The notes below the pieces were generated by a model that searched no databases, was not told the origin of the DNA, and was given only the letters and a program-made list of their open reading frames with translations. From positions 1,653,469-1,717,468 of the forward strand of contig NW_003526941.1 in assembly GCF_000181795.1 (NCBI RefSeq): a stretch of 64,000 nucleotides of DNA, given 5' to 3'. This DNA is from Trichinella spiralis. Taxonomy: Eukaryota. The first letter of the stretch is position 1; every line of letters begins with the position of its first letter. The translations under genes were made by a program, and so were the position numbers. Of this stretch, positions 12,577 to 24,700 are shown piece after piece.

Positions 12577-15214
12577 TGAAATATCACTATACAGGATTTC
12601 ACAAAGTCTTAATTAAAATGATTAATATTACAAGATAAGTTTTATTTATTTCCATTTGAATAATCACGTTGAGAAGTAAAAGGCATTGATTTAACAGAAA
12701 TCTTATCCGAAAAATCTCACTTTAACAAAGATGGATAGATGTTTACTTATTCTTTTGTCATTAGCAGGAGATTGATCTGTTTTGAAATGTGATCTCCTTC
12801 CACAAGCTGTAAATCCACTTAACAGCAACTTTGCAATTTAAATTGTACAAAGTTTCCATGTGTTGCATGTGAAAGAAAAATTCCCATTCCCAAATGTAAC
12901 AAACAAAATAAATTGAAATATTGCTCAATAAACTTCTTCTTCTTTTAAAATTACAAAAACAAGAGAATAACATGAAAGTGAATGCAACTTCAACTAATTA
13001 AAGTAGTAATCAGCATCGAAGTAAAAACAAAGCATACAACATTTATAGTCTTATGGCAGGCATAACCAAATTAACTGATCTTAACAGATTAATCTAATTA
13101 GAAAAACAATGACTACAAATGAACACATTGTTATGTTTCAACTTTTTGATTTTAAACCATTCAATTCAATGTTATTCGCCAGCCAGTGCAACACTTATCC
13201 ACTTTTATGAAATAATACAAACATCTTTTTTTCCAAATCATTTCAATACATACATTACTAATGAGATTGTCCGCTTCACATTAATCAACGTAATTCAAAA
13301 TGTGCAATCAATAACGACAGTACACAAACATGGACATTCATTTTCAAAATGACACCAGTTATCAATATTGCATTGCTTTCAAAATTTTATCACATGCTTA
13401 CTTATATTCGATCAAGTTGACATTTTTTATCATGTGTAATTTTAAAAATTATACAATGATATTTAATAGAAATGACAATGTTGATCATTGATTGCCATTC
13501 ATGTTAACTTTTAATCACTGCTAAATTGTGTTCAAATTTCCTCTTATTTAATTAATCCTATTATATGAAAATATGCAATAGTGACATCATAAGATTAATT
13601 TTGATAAATTTTCATTAAAAATGTATTCAATTTCAATATATCAAGCTGTATGTAAATTGAAAATTGAAAAACTACAGTATTTTGAATTCTTTTATACAGA
13701 GCAAATTAAAAAACATTTAAATTAATTAAATATCTTTATTGTATAGCTGAAATGAACAAACATGGTCGCATAATTTTGAGATAACTATCTGCATTTTGCA
13801 ATACATTTGTATTTTGCATCTGTATTTGAATCAACAAATGAAAAAAAGTAGGTCAAAAATGAAGAAAATTCACCAGTTTAAAAACAATTACGGTAACTTG
13901 TAAAAAATAACTCATGGAGTTTTAAAATATGTTTGAAATGTCCATTTTTTTCGAAGAAAACGCATATTATTTGAAAAATTATAATTTTGTCCGATTAAAT
14001 AAATCATGTTTTCATTTACTGCTAATAATGTGCCATATTTAAATATTGAAGACTAAATCTATCTACAACAACAAAGCTATTTTAAAAAAATTGTTTAACA
14101 TTACAATTTAAAACTGTTTTCAAATTTTCACACACACAACTTTCGCAAACTTACCAAATGGGTGTGACGTTTGGTTGAAATTTAAACGGTCACAAATGGG
14201 CAAGGTTTTTTGTTAGTTCAACGAAACTGCTGTGAGTGTGATTTATAGAATTACTTGGAGTAAAGATGAACATATCCAATTTAGAATTCCGCTCTACAAC
14301 TTTCCAGCGAATTATCTAATGATGCAGCTAACGATTCAACATATTGCCAGAAAATTGTGTCCGCCGGATCAAAGAACATCCACTACTACTAAAGCAGTAA
14401 AATCAACGTGATCAGTCAGACAAGGCTGCAAATAAAATTGCTTTTTCAGCTTGTCCTTCAACATCATTAGTTGCATTGCATTTATCAGAAAAAACAGAAC
14501 TCTTTCTCGCAATTACCTTGAAAACTATATTTCCTTGCGTTATTTCATTTTATTTTATTTTTTGGAAATATGCGAAGCATAACTAACATTTCTGGTACCA
14601 GCTGAAAATTGAATATTTGTCCAACAAATGGATTTATATTCAATAGACCGCTTTAACTGCGTTGAAGAAAACAGATTTGACAATAATTATAATCTATTTA
14701 TAAGTATTTGTTGATTTTGTTGAAATAAAACTGATTTTGAAGCAAAATGTGAAAATTCATCACTTTATAAATGTACAAATTTTTTGAAATCTTTATGGTA
14801 GAAAAAAAGTTTACTCGCTATTATATGTAAACGAAATTCAACAGCATTAGTAATTTAATTAATATTTCCTGTTATAATTCACTGATTTATTTAATAAAAT
14901 AGCAAATTTATTTACAGATTTTACTATTCAAGATTCTATGTCACTTTATGCGCCATAATAAATATTTACTGAACATTTATGCACTTTTGTGCACAGACTA
15001 TAGCTGTATATATTTAATTTACTTTTCATAAATTTAAAATAATATTTATTATAGCATGTTTGATCATCATTTAAATAGATTACTTTCAACGTAACTTTTC
15101 CCACTTTTTTATTTGGCCTACATTTAATAATACTTGATTATAATTTTTAAGAACTGTAATAAGTGTTCCACTGTTGCCAGAAGATTTCCAGTTGACTGAA
15201 GTGTGCTGTCGAAA

Positions 15215-18200
15215 ATGGGTTCAGTTAAAAATATGAAAACGTTGATTTACAGTTTTGTTATAACAGTCGTGTCTTGTTCGTTTGATCAAGCGATCAATGC
15301 ATCGACAATTGAAGCGCAAATAAATGATGGTAAACTTAAATTCGAAGTTATACTTGACAGAATTTTTATTTAGTTTGTAAAGTAAATTATTATTTCTAAT
15401 TTTTTTATCTCGTCTTAGCGTAAAATCATTTCATCTATTCACTGAACATATTAGCATTTGCGACTGTATATAATAATTCTTATGGTATTGCCATTTTTTT
15501 GTTATCACTGAATATTTTATAAATTAGTTGATTATAATAACAACTTTTATTACTGTCAGCGACGCTGTTTGAAAGATTAGGTTTGTACTTTTTCATTTTT
15601 TATCACAAGTATGTTGATGTTATCTATAAAACATTATGATGGATGGCACTTTTTAACGTTAAAAACAGATTACAGTATGTTTCACATTTTTGTTTTTTGC
15701 AGCTTCAGTAGAGCAATGTGGCAATTTGTTTATACCCAACGCGCAGCGGTTGCCTTCAGCTTTCGACAGTGTTTCGCGTTACCAGTGTTTATCCGGTTAT
15801 TTGGACATGGCGAATGGCACCGTTCGATGTGTTGATGGAAAATGGACGCCTCCGCCTGAAAAGCTGTGTCTGAGTATGTTTCTCTTTTGATGTTTGAATA
15901 TTTTAAATTGATTTCTGCTGTGCTGCTTTCTATTGATTGAAATTTGAATACTTTTATCAGTTATTATTGTTTAACTGTTAATAATTAATTTTTTGCTTAG
16001 AAACGTGCCCAGATTTGAGCCAGTTGAACGCTGTTATGCTCATCGACCGTTTGCCAAACGGTGAAACTTCGTCACGCATCGTTAACAGTCGTGACGTCAG
16101 CATGATGGCGGTCGGCTCGAAATTGCGCGTTTTCTGCACAGGGTCGAATGGACATCCAAAAAAGGATGTCTATTTTTTAGCATGCTTGCCTGATGGTCAG
16201 TGGCGTATAATTACAAAATACAATGGAAGTGGAGATTTCTTGATACATGTTCAAGTGGAGAAGCTTTGCTTGTTAAATCTAGATAATGATGACAAATTGC
16301 CGATTCTGTCCAACAAAGGTGATGTCAGATTTTTGTTTAGTAAATCAAGTTTTGTTTTCTAATTTGATTTGTTTAGATGCTTGTCTTCGATTCTCACCAG
16401 ATCCGACTGTGAACATTCGCTACAGTACAGATATTAGAAATGGAATTCAAGTTGGAACAGAAGCCTACTTCAATTGCGTCGAACCTAGTCATGTTTTAAG
16501 TCAAAGACAGCCGTGGATAAGATTATGCGAATCTAATGGCCAATGGTCGGACAGTCGGCAACCGCGGTGCAGTAAGTTTTTATACGAGATAATTTTTTTT
16601 TATTTTTTAAATATTATAGTTTGCAGATTTAGTTGTTATCATTTGAATTTCATAATTTTTTGTCAATTTTATTTCAGTTCCCCATTGCACAACTGTATAA
16701 TTTTAAGTGAAGTTTTTCTAGGGAATTAATGTGTCATGAAATTATTTTATAGTTGCGATGGGATGCGAACGCCCACCGGTCACTACTCTGCTGAAGCCTA
16801 TATATGAAACTAAAGAAGGAAATAACCTTAGCGGCCGAGATGCATACTTTACCGAGGTTGGTTCTGTAAAGGTTGGTGTGCGGGTGTTTTTTCAATGCGC
16901 CGATCCTGTGCATTTCTATTTGGAAGGCGAACGCGAGTTCACGTGTTTGCCACAAAGTCAGTGGTCGGTTACCCAGTGGCCAAGATGCAAGCCGAAACGT
17001 ATTTTTTGTTGTTATTCATTATTTCATTTGGTTTACAGAATCTCTATTGGTATACAGGCCTTTGTGAAAGTCCAGGAGCTCCATCAAACGGTTTTTACAA
17101 TTACAATCCAAATGTAGCAAAGTTTTCACCCGGTCAAATATTGTCTTTTGGTTGTGAAGAAGGCTATCGTTTAGACGGTTCCATGCATTTGAAATGTTTG
17201 GATAACGGGGTTTGGACTAGTGCGATCCCGCAGTGTCGCCTATGTAAATTAATTAATTATTATCGAGATGTATTATAAGAAAATGCAAATTTTTAGCAGA
17301 CTGGTCGAACAAGCGCTTTATAACGCTAATGTCAATTGCGTCTATTTTGGGCACGTTATTGTTGGCGATGGTGACGTTGGTTTTACTGAAGCAAATATTG
17401 CTGAAAAGGTTTCATTTTGGCTCGAGAATAAGACGATTATCTGGAGTGCATCCCGCCGGAGGTGGAATTGGTTTAATGTCTGCAGCGCCTTCAGGTCACG
17501 GTGTTTTTCCTGGAAACACAGCACGCTGTGTTTACAATGGCGATTTGGATCGGCTAGCTTTGATTCGTTTTGCTGACGATATTCAGGTGAACATTGCTTT
17601 GTTGTTGTTTTATTTTTCTCCATAATTTTATTTATCTGATTTAGCCAAATCTACCATCATACGAAGAAGCTATTAGCCGCATGGTAGCTCAACGACGAGC
17701 GGTACCCTGCTTTGATTCTTTGTCTACATTGAGTGGTTATTGTTCAAGAGCACTGAGACGTTTGCCAAGTTTGTCAAGTTTGCGCTCTAGAGATGCGGTG
17801 CGTTCACTTCGCGAACATCCAAATTTTCAAACATCCAACAGCAACGTTTCTCATGGTCTGATTGGATCCAGCGACACAGTGACTAATACCAGCGACTCGA
17901 GTACCGCTGTCACGCTTGATACTGTTGGTTCTGGCTATAGCAACAGCTCTTCAAACAGACCGCAGGCTGGCAGTTTAAGCAGTGTTACTTCAGGGCCATA
18001 TCCTGGTACCGTTGTTATCAACTCCAATTCCAATGGTGAAAGTAAGTGTCATTTATATTATACTTATCTGTTTATTTCATTTTCACTTTTCACTATATCC
18101 GTCCAATTGGGGGGTTTTCATTTTTCTTCCGAACGTAGTCAACTAACATCGTATCTTCGGTTATACTTATATTTTCGGTGTCCATTTTGTTCATTTTATT

Positions 18201-18360
18201 TTTTCATCGGTGATTGGTGGAACATTCAGTTGAAAAATTCAACAAAAAATTTATAATAACAACGTGAAGGAAACTGTAAGAAAAATATATTGTAGACATT
18301 CAGCTGCTGGAATCGTCGAACCTGTGTGGCGACGTACACGATGCAGGAAAGAGCGACTAA
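15215..18360 (+). CDS. Type I membrane protein with five Sushi/CCP domains and a cytoplasmic PY motif (SUSD4/SUSD6-like)
   Basis: Approximate exons: 15215-15329 (signal peptide), 15702-15873, 16001-16318, 16377-16572, 16753-~16998, ~17059-17242 (one CCP each, C...C...W...C), 17297-17586 (TM LMSIASILGTLLLAMVTLVLL), 17645-18041 (PNLPSYEEAI), 18296-18360 (stop). Confidence 0.88.
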
Positions 18361-19100
18361 TGCGAATACAGCTCTCTCTGTAATGTGTGGAAGTCCCTAT
18401 CACAGTGGTGTGTTATTTTAGCTTGAACATTTTGTCTCTGTACAAAGAAGTCATGCACATTGGCTTGTTTCATATGTTGCTTTGTTTATACTATGTTTTC
18501 AACTTCATCAAATATGAACAGTTTACCCCTCTCTGCTGCTTGAAAAGCCAGTGATTTTGTTCCGTTGAATCTTCTACTTAATGATGTGGATGTATTTGCA
18601 ACTGTTGCGTAGATTTTCACGCACATTTATGCCAACTATCTTGCATCACCGGTGGGATGAAACGGGAAATGTTTTTTTCTATGTTCTGTTTTCACAATCT
18701 CGGTAATTCAAATGGTAATATAATTTTTGTCCTGTCCGTTTTTCTGAATCACCTTGTGCAGATGTTTTGTCGTAGTCGTTGCCACTTTTTTACAATTAGT
18801 TAGTCATTTATCCTCTCGAAGCTATTGTTGCTTTTGTTTTTTCTTAGCTTTGCTATCCAGTAGAGCTGTAATTTAGTTTAACGAATGTATGTAGTATACA
18901 TTTGGTGTGTTTTGTTGAATTCAGCCATACAGAATAAGGAGGGGGGCATGTTTAATGGATTGAATAAAAATTTTTTTTCAGAATTTCAGTTGTTAAAAAT
19001 GAGAAATATTTTTCCATATGAATTTTATGAAGGAGAATTTGGAAATGATGAGACTGGCAAAAATGAATTTTGGATATAATGAAAATGTATACTGCATTAT

Positions 19101-20623
19101 TTATTGAAGCTGTTGCTGGCATTTCTCTGTTACTTGGTCTGTGGCCATTTTGGAAAATTCCTCGAATACGTCAGTTTGTTGAATGCAAACTACGCCCAGT
19201 GCCTTGGTCCTTTGATCTACCTGAAATAATTTTCAGTTTTATTGTTCATGGAGGAAATTAAAAGAAAAGCTGGAAAGCGACTGCCGTGCCGTTCGTCCGT
19301 TGTTACTGAGGCAGAACCAGGGTGGGTTGCTGATTTTGTTCACAGCCCAGGCTGCATTCGAGTCATATTCACGTCGGATAGTGTGGTTGGCGAACAGGAC
19401 GGGTCCTTCGATGTTCTCGACTGTGAGACTGTCATGGCAAAAGTTCTTTTCTGTCGGTACATTTTGCTCAACTGGTGTCCATACACGTAGGGATATTTTA
19501 AGAACTTTTGCTACGTAGGATGTGTAAAAATCTAAATAAGTGGCAAATTATTCTTATCAAATTTTAATTTAGCTGGGTAGTTCGTATTGCTGTTTCATTC
19601 TTTTTTCCGTAGTTATGCCACAGTAATGTTGTAATTAAGCGACGAGTGACCTACTGTTCTATTGTGCATACCTGCAAATCCTTTTGCAAATTTTGACAGT
19701 ACGGCTACTTGTACTGGTGCTTCTGCAGAAGCGGTTGTGAATCGAACTGCATTTGCATACGGTGGTGATTTTATATCACCATATGGTGATAGTAGTAACT
19801 TTACTTCTTTTGAATCGAACAATTGCTGAGCAGAGCCTTCGAGATTTGGTTTTTTATAGAAAAATATGAACGGATCGTGATATATCAAATTTTTTGCTGA
19901 AAGGATGTTTCATGTTGCTTAAGTTATAATTGTTTTGGCAAGTGTGTATTACTTAAATCAACAAATGCAGTTTTGTTTACCGTCAAGCATAGCACCATTG
20001 CAGCTCGTCTTTTTATAAACCGTTGATTAAACAGTTCTTTCAAATTCTGCGCGTCGAAATTTGGAAAATAGGAAATTGTGTGCGTGATCCACAGTCCGTT
20101 TGCGCCGTTTTTCCAAGCGATTATACCTGAAAATATGAAAAATTGTGTAGCTTGAATTGGTATCTTCACTTGATCAACCTTTGCTAGTGGTATTATGAAT
20201 AGGGTATCTAAAATACGGAGGCAGATTGCTCCATAGAATTATTGCAATCTCGTTGTCGTTATTCTTTTGCATAAGTAGTGGTTTCATTGTGTGCGAAAGT
20301 GACGATGTGGATTCATTCATTTGTTCTGCTTTCCAATAGTGTGACGAATCAGAGATGGTGAACGACGAGAAATTTGTCCACATTTTATATGTGAGGAACC
20401 TGCCGAATTGAAAAATTTTTTCAGAGTTGATTATATTTCATCTCAGTTTATTTTGATTTAGTTTTATCTTAGTTCAAAATATTTTAATTAATTACCAATC
20501 TGCATCCGCAGGCGATCCTTTACCGTTGTCCACTTTGCAATTCAATTCGCTTATTGATGAAATTGCTTTTACAAAGCACGTAGTGATTGTGCAGACGTAA
20601 AACAGTATCATTTTAAGACGCAT
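19101..20623 (-). CDS. Secreted DNase II-like (plancitoxin-like) protein, predicted to lack the catalytic histidines
   Basis: Exons 20623-20496 (signal peptide...ADW), 20399-20179 (FLTYK...WSNLPP...TTSKG), 20127-19953 (GLWITHTISYFP), 19896-19672, 19531-19290 (LRVW...YDSNAAWAV...WFCLSNNGRT), 19220-19101 (VDQRTKALGVVC). Motif order matches the DNase II family. Confidence 0.85.
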
Positions 20624-21748
20624 ATTAACGCACGTGTCTGTTGAATTTGTCGACGAAAAATTCCACTGAAAGCGAATCTATTTGGTTTTGTGTAAACATC
20701 AATAATAGTGTATTGTTGAATTTTACATTTGTGCTGAAATGAAACGCGAAGCAATTTATTTCATTTGAAGCAGGAACGAAAGCTAAAATTCAACAACAGT
20801 AGGGCATAATCTACAGTACTGTGATTAATTTGATTGAATGACGAAGTAATACATTGAATTCGATAATAATATATTATATATGGACAAATTAGAGAACGTC
20901 ATCTTCGAATAAGGTTGGACATTTTTTCTCCCCTCTAGCATTTCCTTTTTCCATTGACTTTTTATATTACTTTCAGTTAAAGTTTAGCATTTGTTTGATT
21001 ATTATTCTCTGCATTTTATGTGGAACTTTAAATAGAAATCTTTTGTTAGAATGAAGCTGAGAGGATGATTGAATATTTTTGGAAATGTTCAAATATATTT
21101 AATCTTGGTTTTATTGAGTAGCTTGACAGAAGAAATTCCTTATGATCATGAATAGAAACGTAGACGTCGAAAGCAAACATAGGGGACTGCTTTTTAATAA
21201 AATGAAAATTTAATTTTCTCATTGAATTTAAACTTAAATAAGTCAATGAGACAAATCAGAAATGCAGTGCATCTGTAACTTTTTTCTTCTACTTTGATGA
21301 TTTTGCAAGAATGCACTTTGAAAATTTGTCAGATAAAGTTTTAATTAAGATGGGTAATATATTTTAAGTGAAAATGAAAGATTCATTTTTGTTGTGGCAC
21401 GCGTGTGATGTGATTAATTAATGTGTAAAATAATGGAAGAAGAAATTTTATTATGATTATTTATTGTTTGATGTTGAGAGAGCAGTGAGCGCAAAATGTT
21501 ATCACTGAATTGGGAATTTCAGCGTCGTGCCGATGCAAACTAAAAAGAAATACTTTTGACAAAAAATGAAAGAAAAAAAATGTTATCTTTTTTGTTCGAT
21601 TCTGCGAACATTGTTCGGCAAAGTGAAATGTTAATCATTGCAACAACATCGCTGCATTGCAGTTTTAAAGCACACAACAGTCTTCAGTTTTTTGTTGCTT
21701 GGCTTGTTTTGATCCAAGTCGACTTCATTAAGCTTTTTCCTTTGTTTC

Positions 21749-24700
21749 TCAACATGCATACTGATTTTCCATCGCATAGGAATTTTGCGAGCATTCGTCG
21801 TCGTTCTCGGAATGTGCAGTGGCAATCGAATCTTTCGGATTGTTCTGATTAGGTGGATGAATTTTTATTGTCATTTCTACCGTGGAATCGTCGTAAATCG
21901 AGCGTCGATGATGCTTATTCATTGTAGGCTTTTTTCTTCTGGTGCAACATATTTTTATCACCTCATAAATTAAAACAAGCACTTCGATGATTGTAATCAC
22001 ACTGACACCCATCCAAAGTCCTAATTGACCACCGAAATCGGCCATCAGATTCACCCACTACAGAAATGCAATGATTTTATCGTCAAAATTGTCGATGAAA
22101 ATATTTACTTGATATGCTTGTAGTTCTTTCAGTACTTCATAGTTCAGCTGCTCGAAGTATATTTCCAACGATAGAGCGTTTTTTCTAATAACAAAATTGG
22201 TCAGAAATTGAAAAATGAAAAAATGGGAACTTTGTTGAAATTTCAATTTAACAAAGCATTTAAAGGATACTTACTTTAATTTGCGAATACATTCCTCAGC
22301 GGTGTCGTTGCAATCGTCCAGCTTATCAAATAAAAATTTGGATGTTAACAACAGTATACGATTGTTATTAATTAGTTAATTGAACTCACTTCAATAGAAG
22401 GAGTTGGCCATTTTGCAGCCGAAAACGACATGTCATACACGTATTGACTGAAATAATAATTCAAAAGGGGAAAGGTTTGTCAATTTCACGGACCATTAAT
22501 AATTTTACATACACGCAAGGTTGTCTGCAGTCGCATTTTCCGGAAAATGAGCCGTGCAGTCCACCTGACTTTTGAATTACATTTTCCAAGCATTCTCCTT
22601 ACAACAGACAAAAGTTGAAGTTATTTGATGGCTCTTTTTTCAAATTAGATAATATCCAACAATTGTAACAATGTAAGTGTTCTTATTGAAAAGCATATTA
22701 TAATTGAAAAAAAATGAACTTCAAAAACCTACGAGCTTTGCGTTCTTTCACTCGGCAGTGTCTTCTTCCTTCTGGAACTGGGAATCTTGGATCGCCGCAT
22801 CCACAGCTCTTGATCATCTCCATTTGAAAACAGCTTCTATAACAGCCCTAAATGGTAGAAAAAATATTACATTTTTTGTCTTCAGCGGCAGCCTACATTT
22901 AACGCACTTCGAGGGAATATATTTGGTCTTTGTAGATGTAATCTTTTGTTTTGCCTTCTTTAATGCAATCTCCATACGGTTGTGGTAATCGCTCAATCTT
23001 TTTCTTGAAAAATATATTAACGCTTAAGTAAAAGCATCATAGATGAATACTTCAATTTATAATTATTTATCTGTACATATGTATGAATCTGAAACTCATG
23101 TTATAACCGTTCTACATTTTGAACAGCAAATATTGTATGACTTTGACATACCATCCGAATTCCGAACGAAGAAAGCAATCCCGTTGGTGCATTGTAGCCG
23201 TTTGTATCTGGAAATGGATACTCTTCTTGTGAATGAACAAGCAGCCGTACACCAGAAGCTTTTGTTGTTGGCAGATAATCGTCTGCATCAACGTAAATTA
23301 CCAATGACAGACCTGTAAATAATTGCGAGATTATAGATGGTTGTTTTCTTGTATTTATTAACAAGAATAATTAATTCACCATAAATTGGTCCAGCTCTGC
23401 TTGTGGTTCTGTTGATAGTGCTGTTCGAATTGAACATATAGCAGTTGCCATATACAGGATCCATGAGCAATTCGAAATCACTGAAGAATATTACAATTAC
23501 TATAATTCCAAATTGATATTTTGTCAACGTCGATCACTTTTCAATGTCACATTGACGCCCATTGAACGAGCACTGAAGTAAGAAGTCTTTTTTTTGATGG
23601 GAGACTTTCTTCTTTGTCTCAGGTGGAAGTTCAGCCATAATAAACAGGGTGTTCTCTTGAGCTCTGCTAACTTTTGCTGTTTCGTCGGTAATTCCCTGCG
23701 GTTATTGTTTGCTTGAAAAATTAGAATATCAAATTTTAATTTCAATCGTCAGTTACTTCAAATCCCAACGCATCAACGTATTCTTGCACCTCTGAAGGTG
23801 TAGTTGGAATTGGAGTAGTTGTAGTTGTTGCTGTGCTTGTAGTAGTAGTAGTAGTAGTAGTAGTAGTTGTTGTTGTTGTTGTTGTTGTTGTAGTGGTAGT
23901 GCTTGTCGTATAGCGGTCCAGTCGAACATCTCGATAAGCTGGATCCCATATTCTCTCCGGCTTGTTCTTATCTGCTACCAGGCAAGTCTTGCCGTTACTG
24001 TGACAAACGCACTGTTTTACATCTTCGTATAATGACAGTTGTCGTTTTTTCAAAATTTGCAAGCAGTTTCCATTTGGGCTGCATCTGGAGCACCATTCGG
24101 AACGCCACTGCTTTTCAGAATAGCATGGCCATGGTGACTCTGAAAAAGGAAATAAAAAGAGAAAGGAAGCTGAGAAGCAAAGCAAAAAGACCCCACTTGT
24201 CACATGGTCAAAGTAGCATATGCAAATTTCTTCGCCATCTTCAAGCGGAGCGGAAGTGAACGGAACGCAGTCGGATTCTTCATTTGGACAAGAGCAGCGC
24301 GCGTAAAGTGGCGTGTAACGGTACTGTTTCTCATCAGCAGAAGATGCTCGACGTTTCCTTGCTAGAAGAGTGGAAGTTTTGGGCGTTGACAATGGCTTAT
24401 TGTCAAACGCGTCAAACTGAAATCAAATGGAAGTTGAAGAAGAAACAAAATTTGGACGACCAACAACCATCCATCCACCCATCCATCTTATGCACACCAA
24501 TAAATGTAAGTAAATTTTATTTTTTTCGCTTTTTGAAAATTTTCTTCATTTTTCATTTTAAATATATGACAAAGCAAATTATCCAAGGAAGAATATACTT
24601 TTTAACGTAATATCGTGCGTGGTTCCGCTTGACAAATATTGCAGCTGAACGTAGGCAAAGCGTACTAATAATGGTTTTTATTTCATAAAGTAAAATTAGG

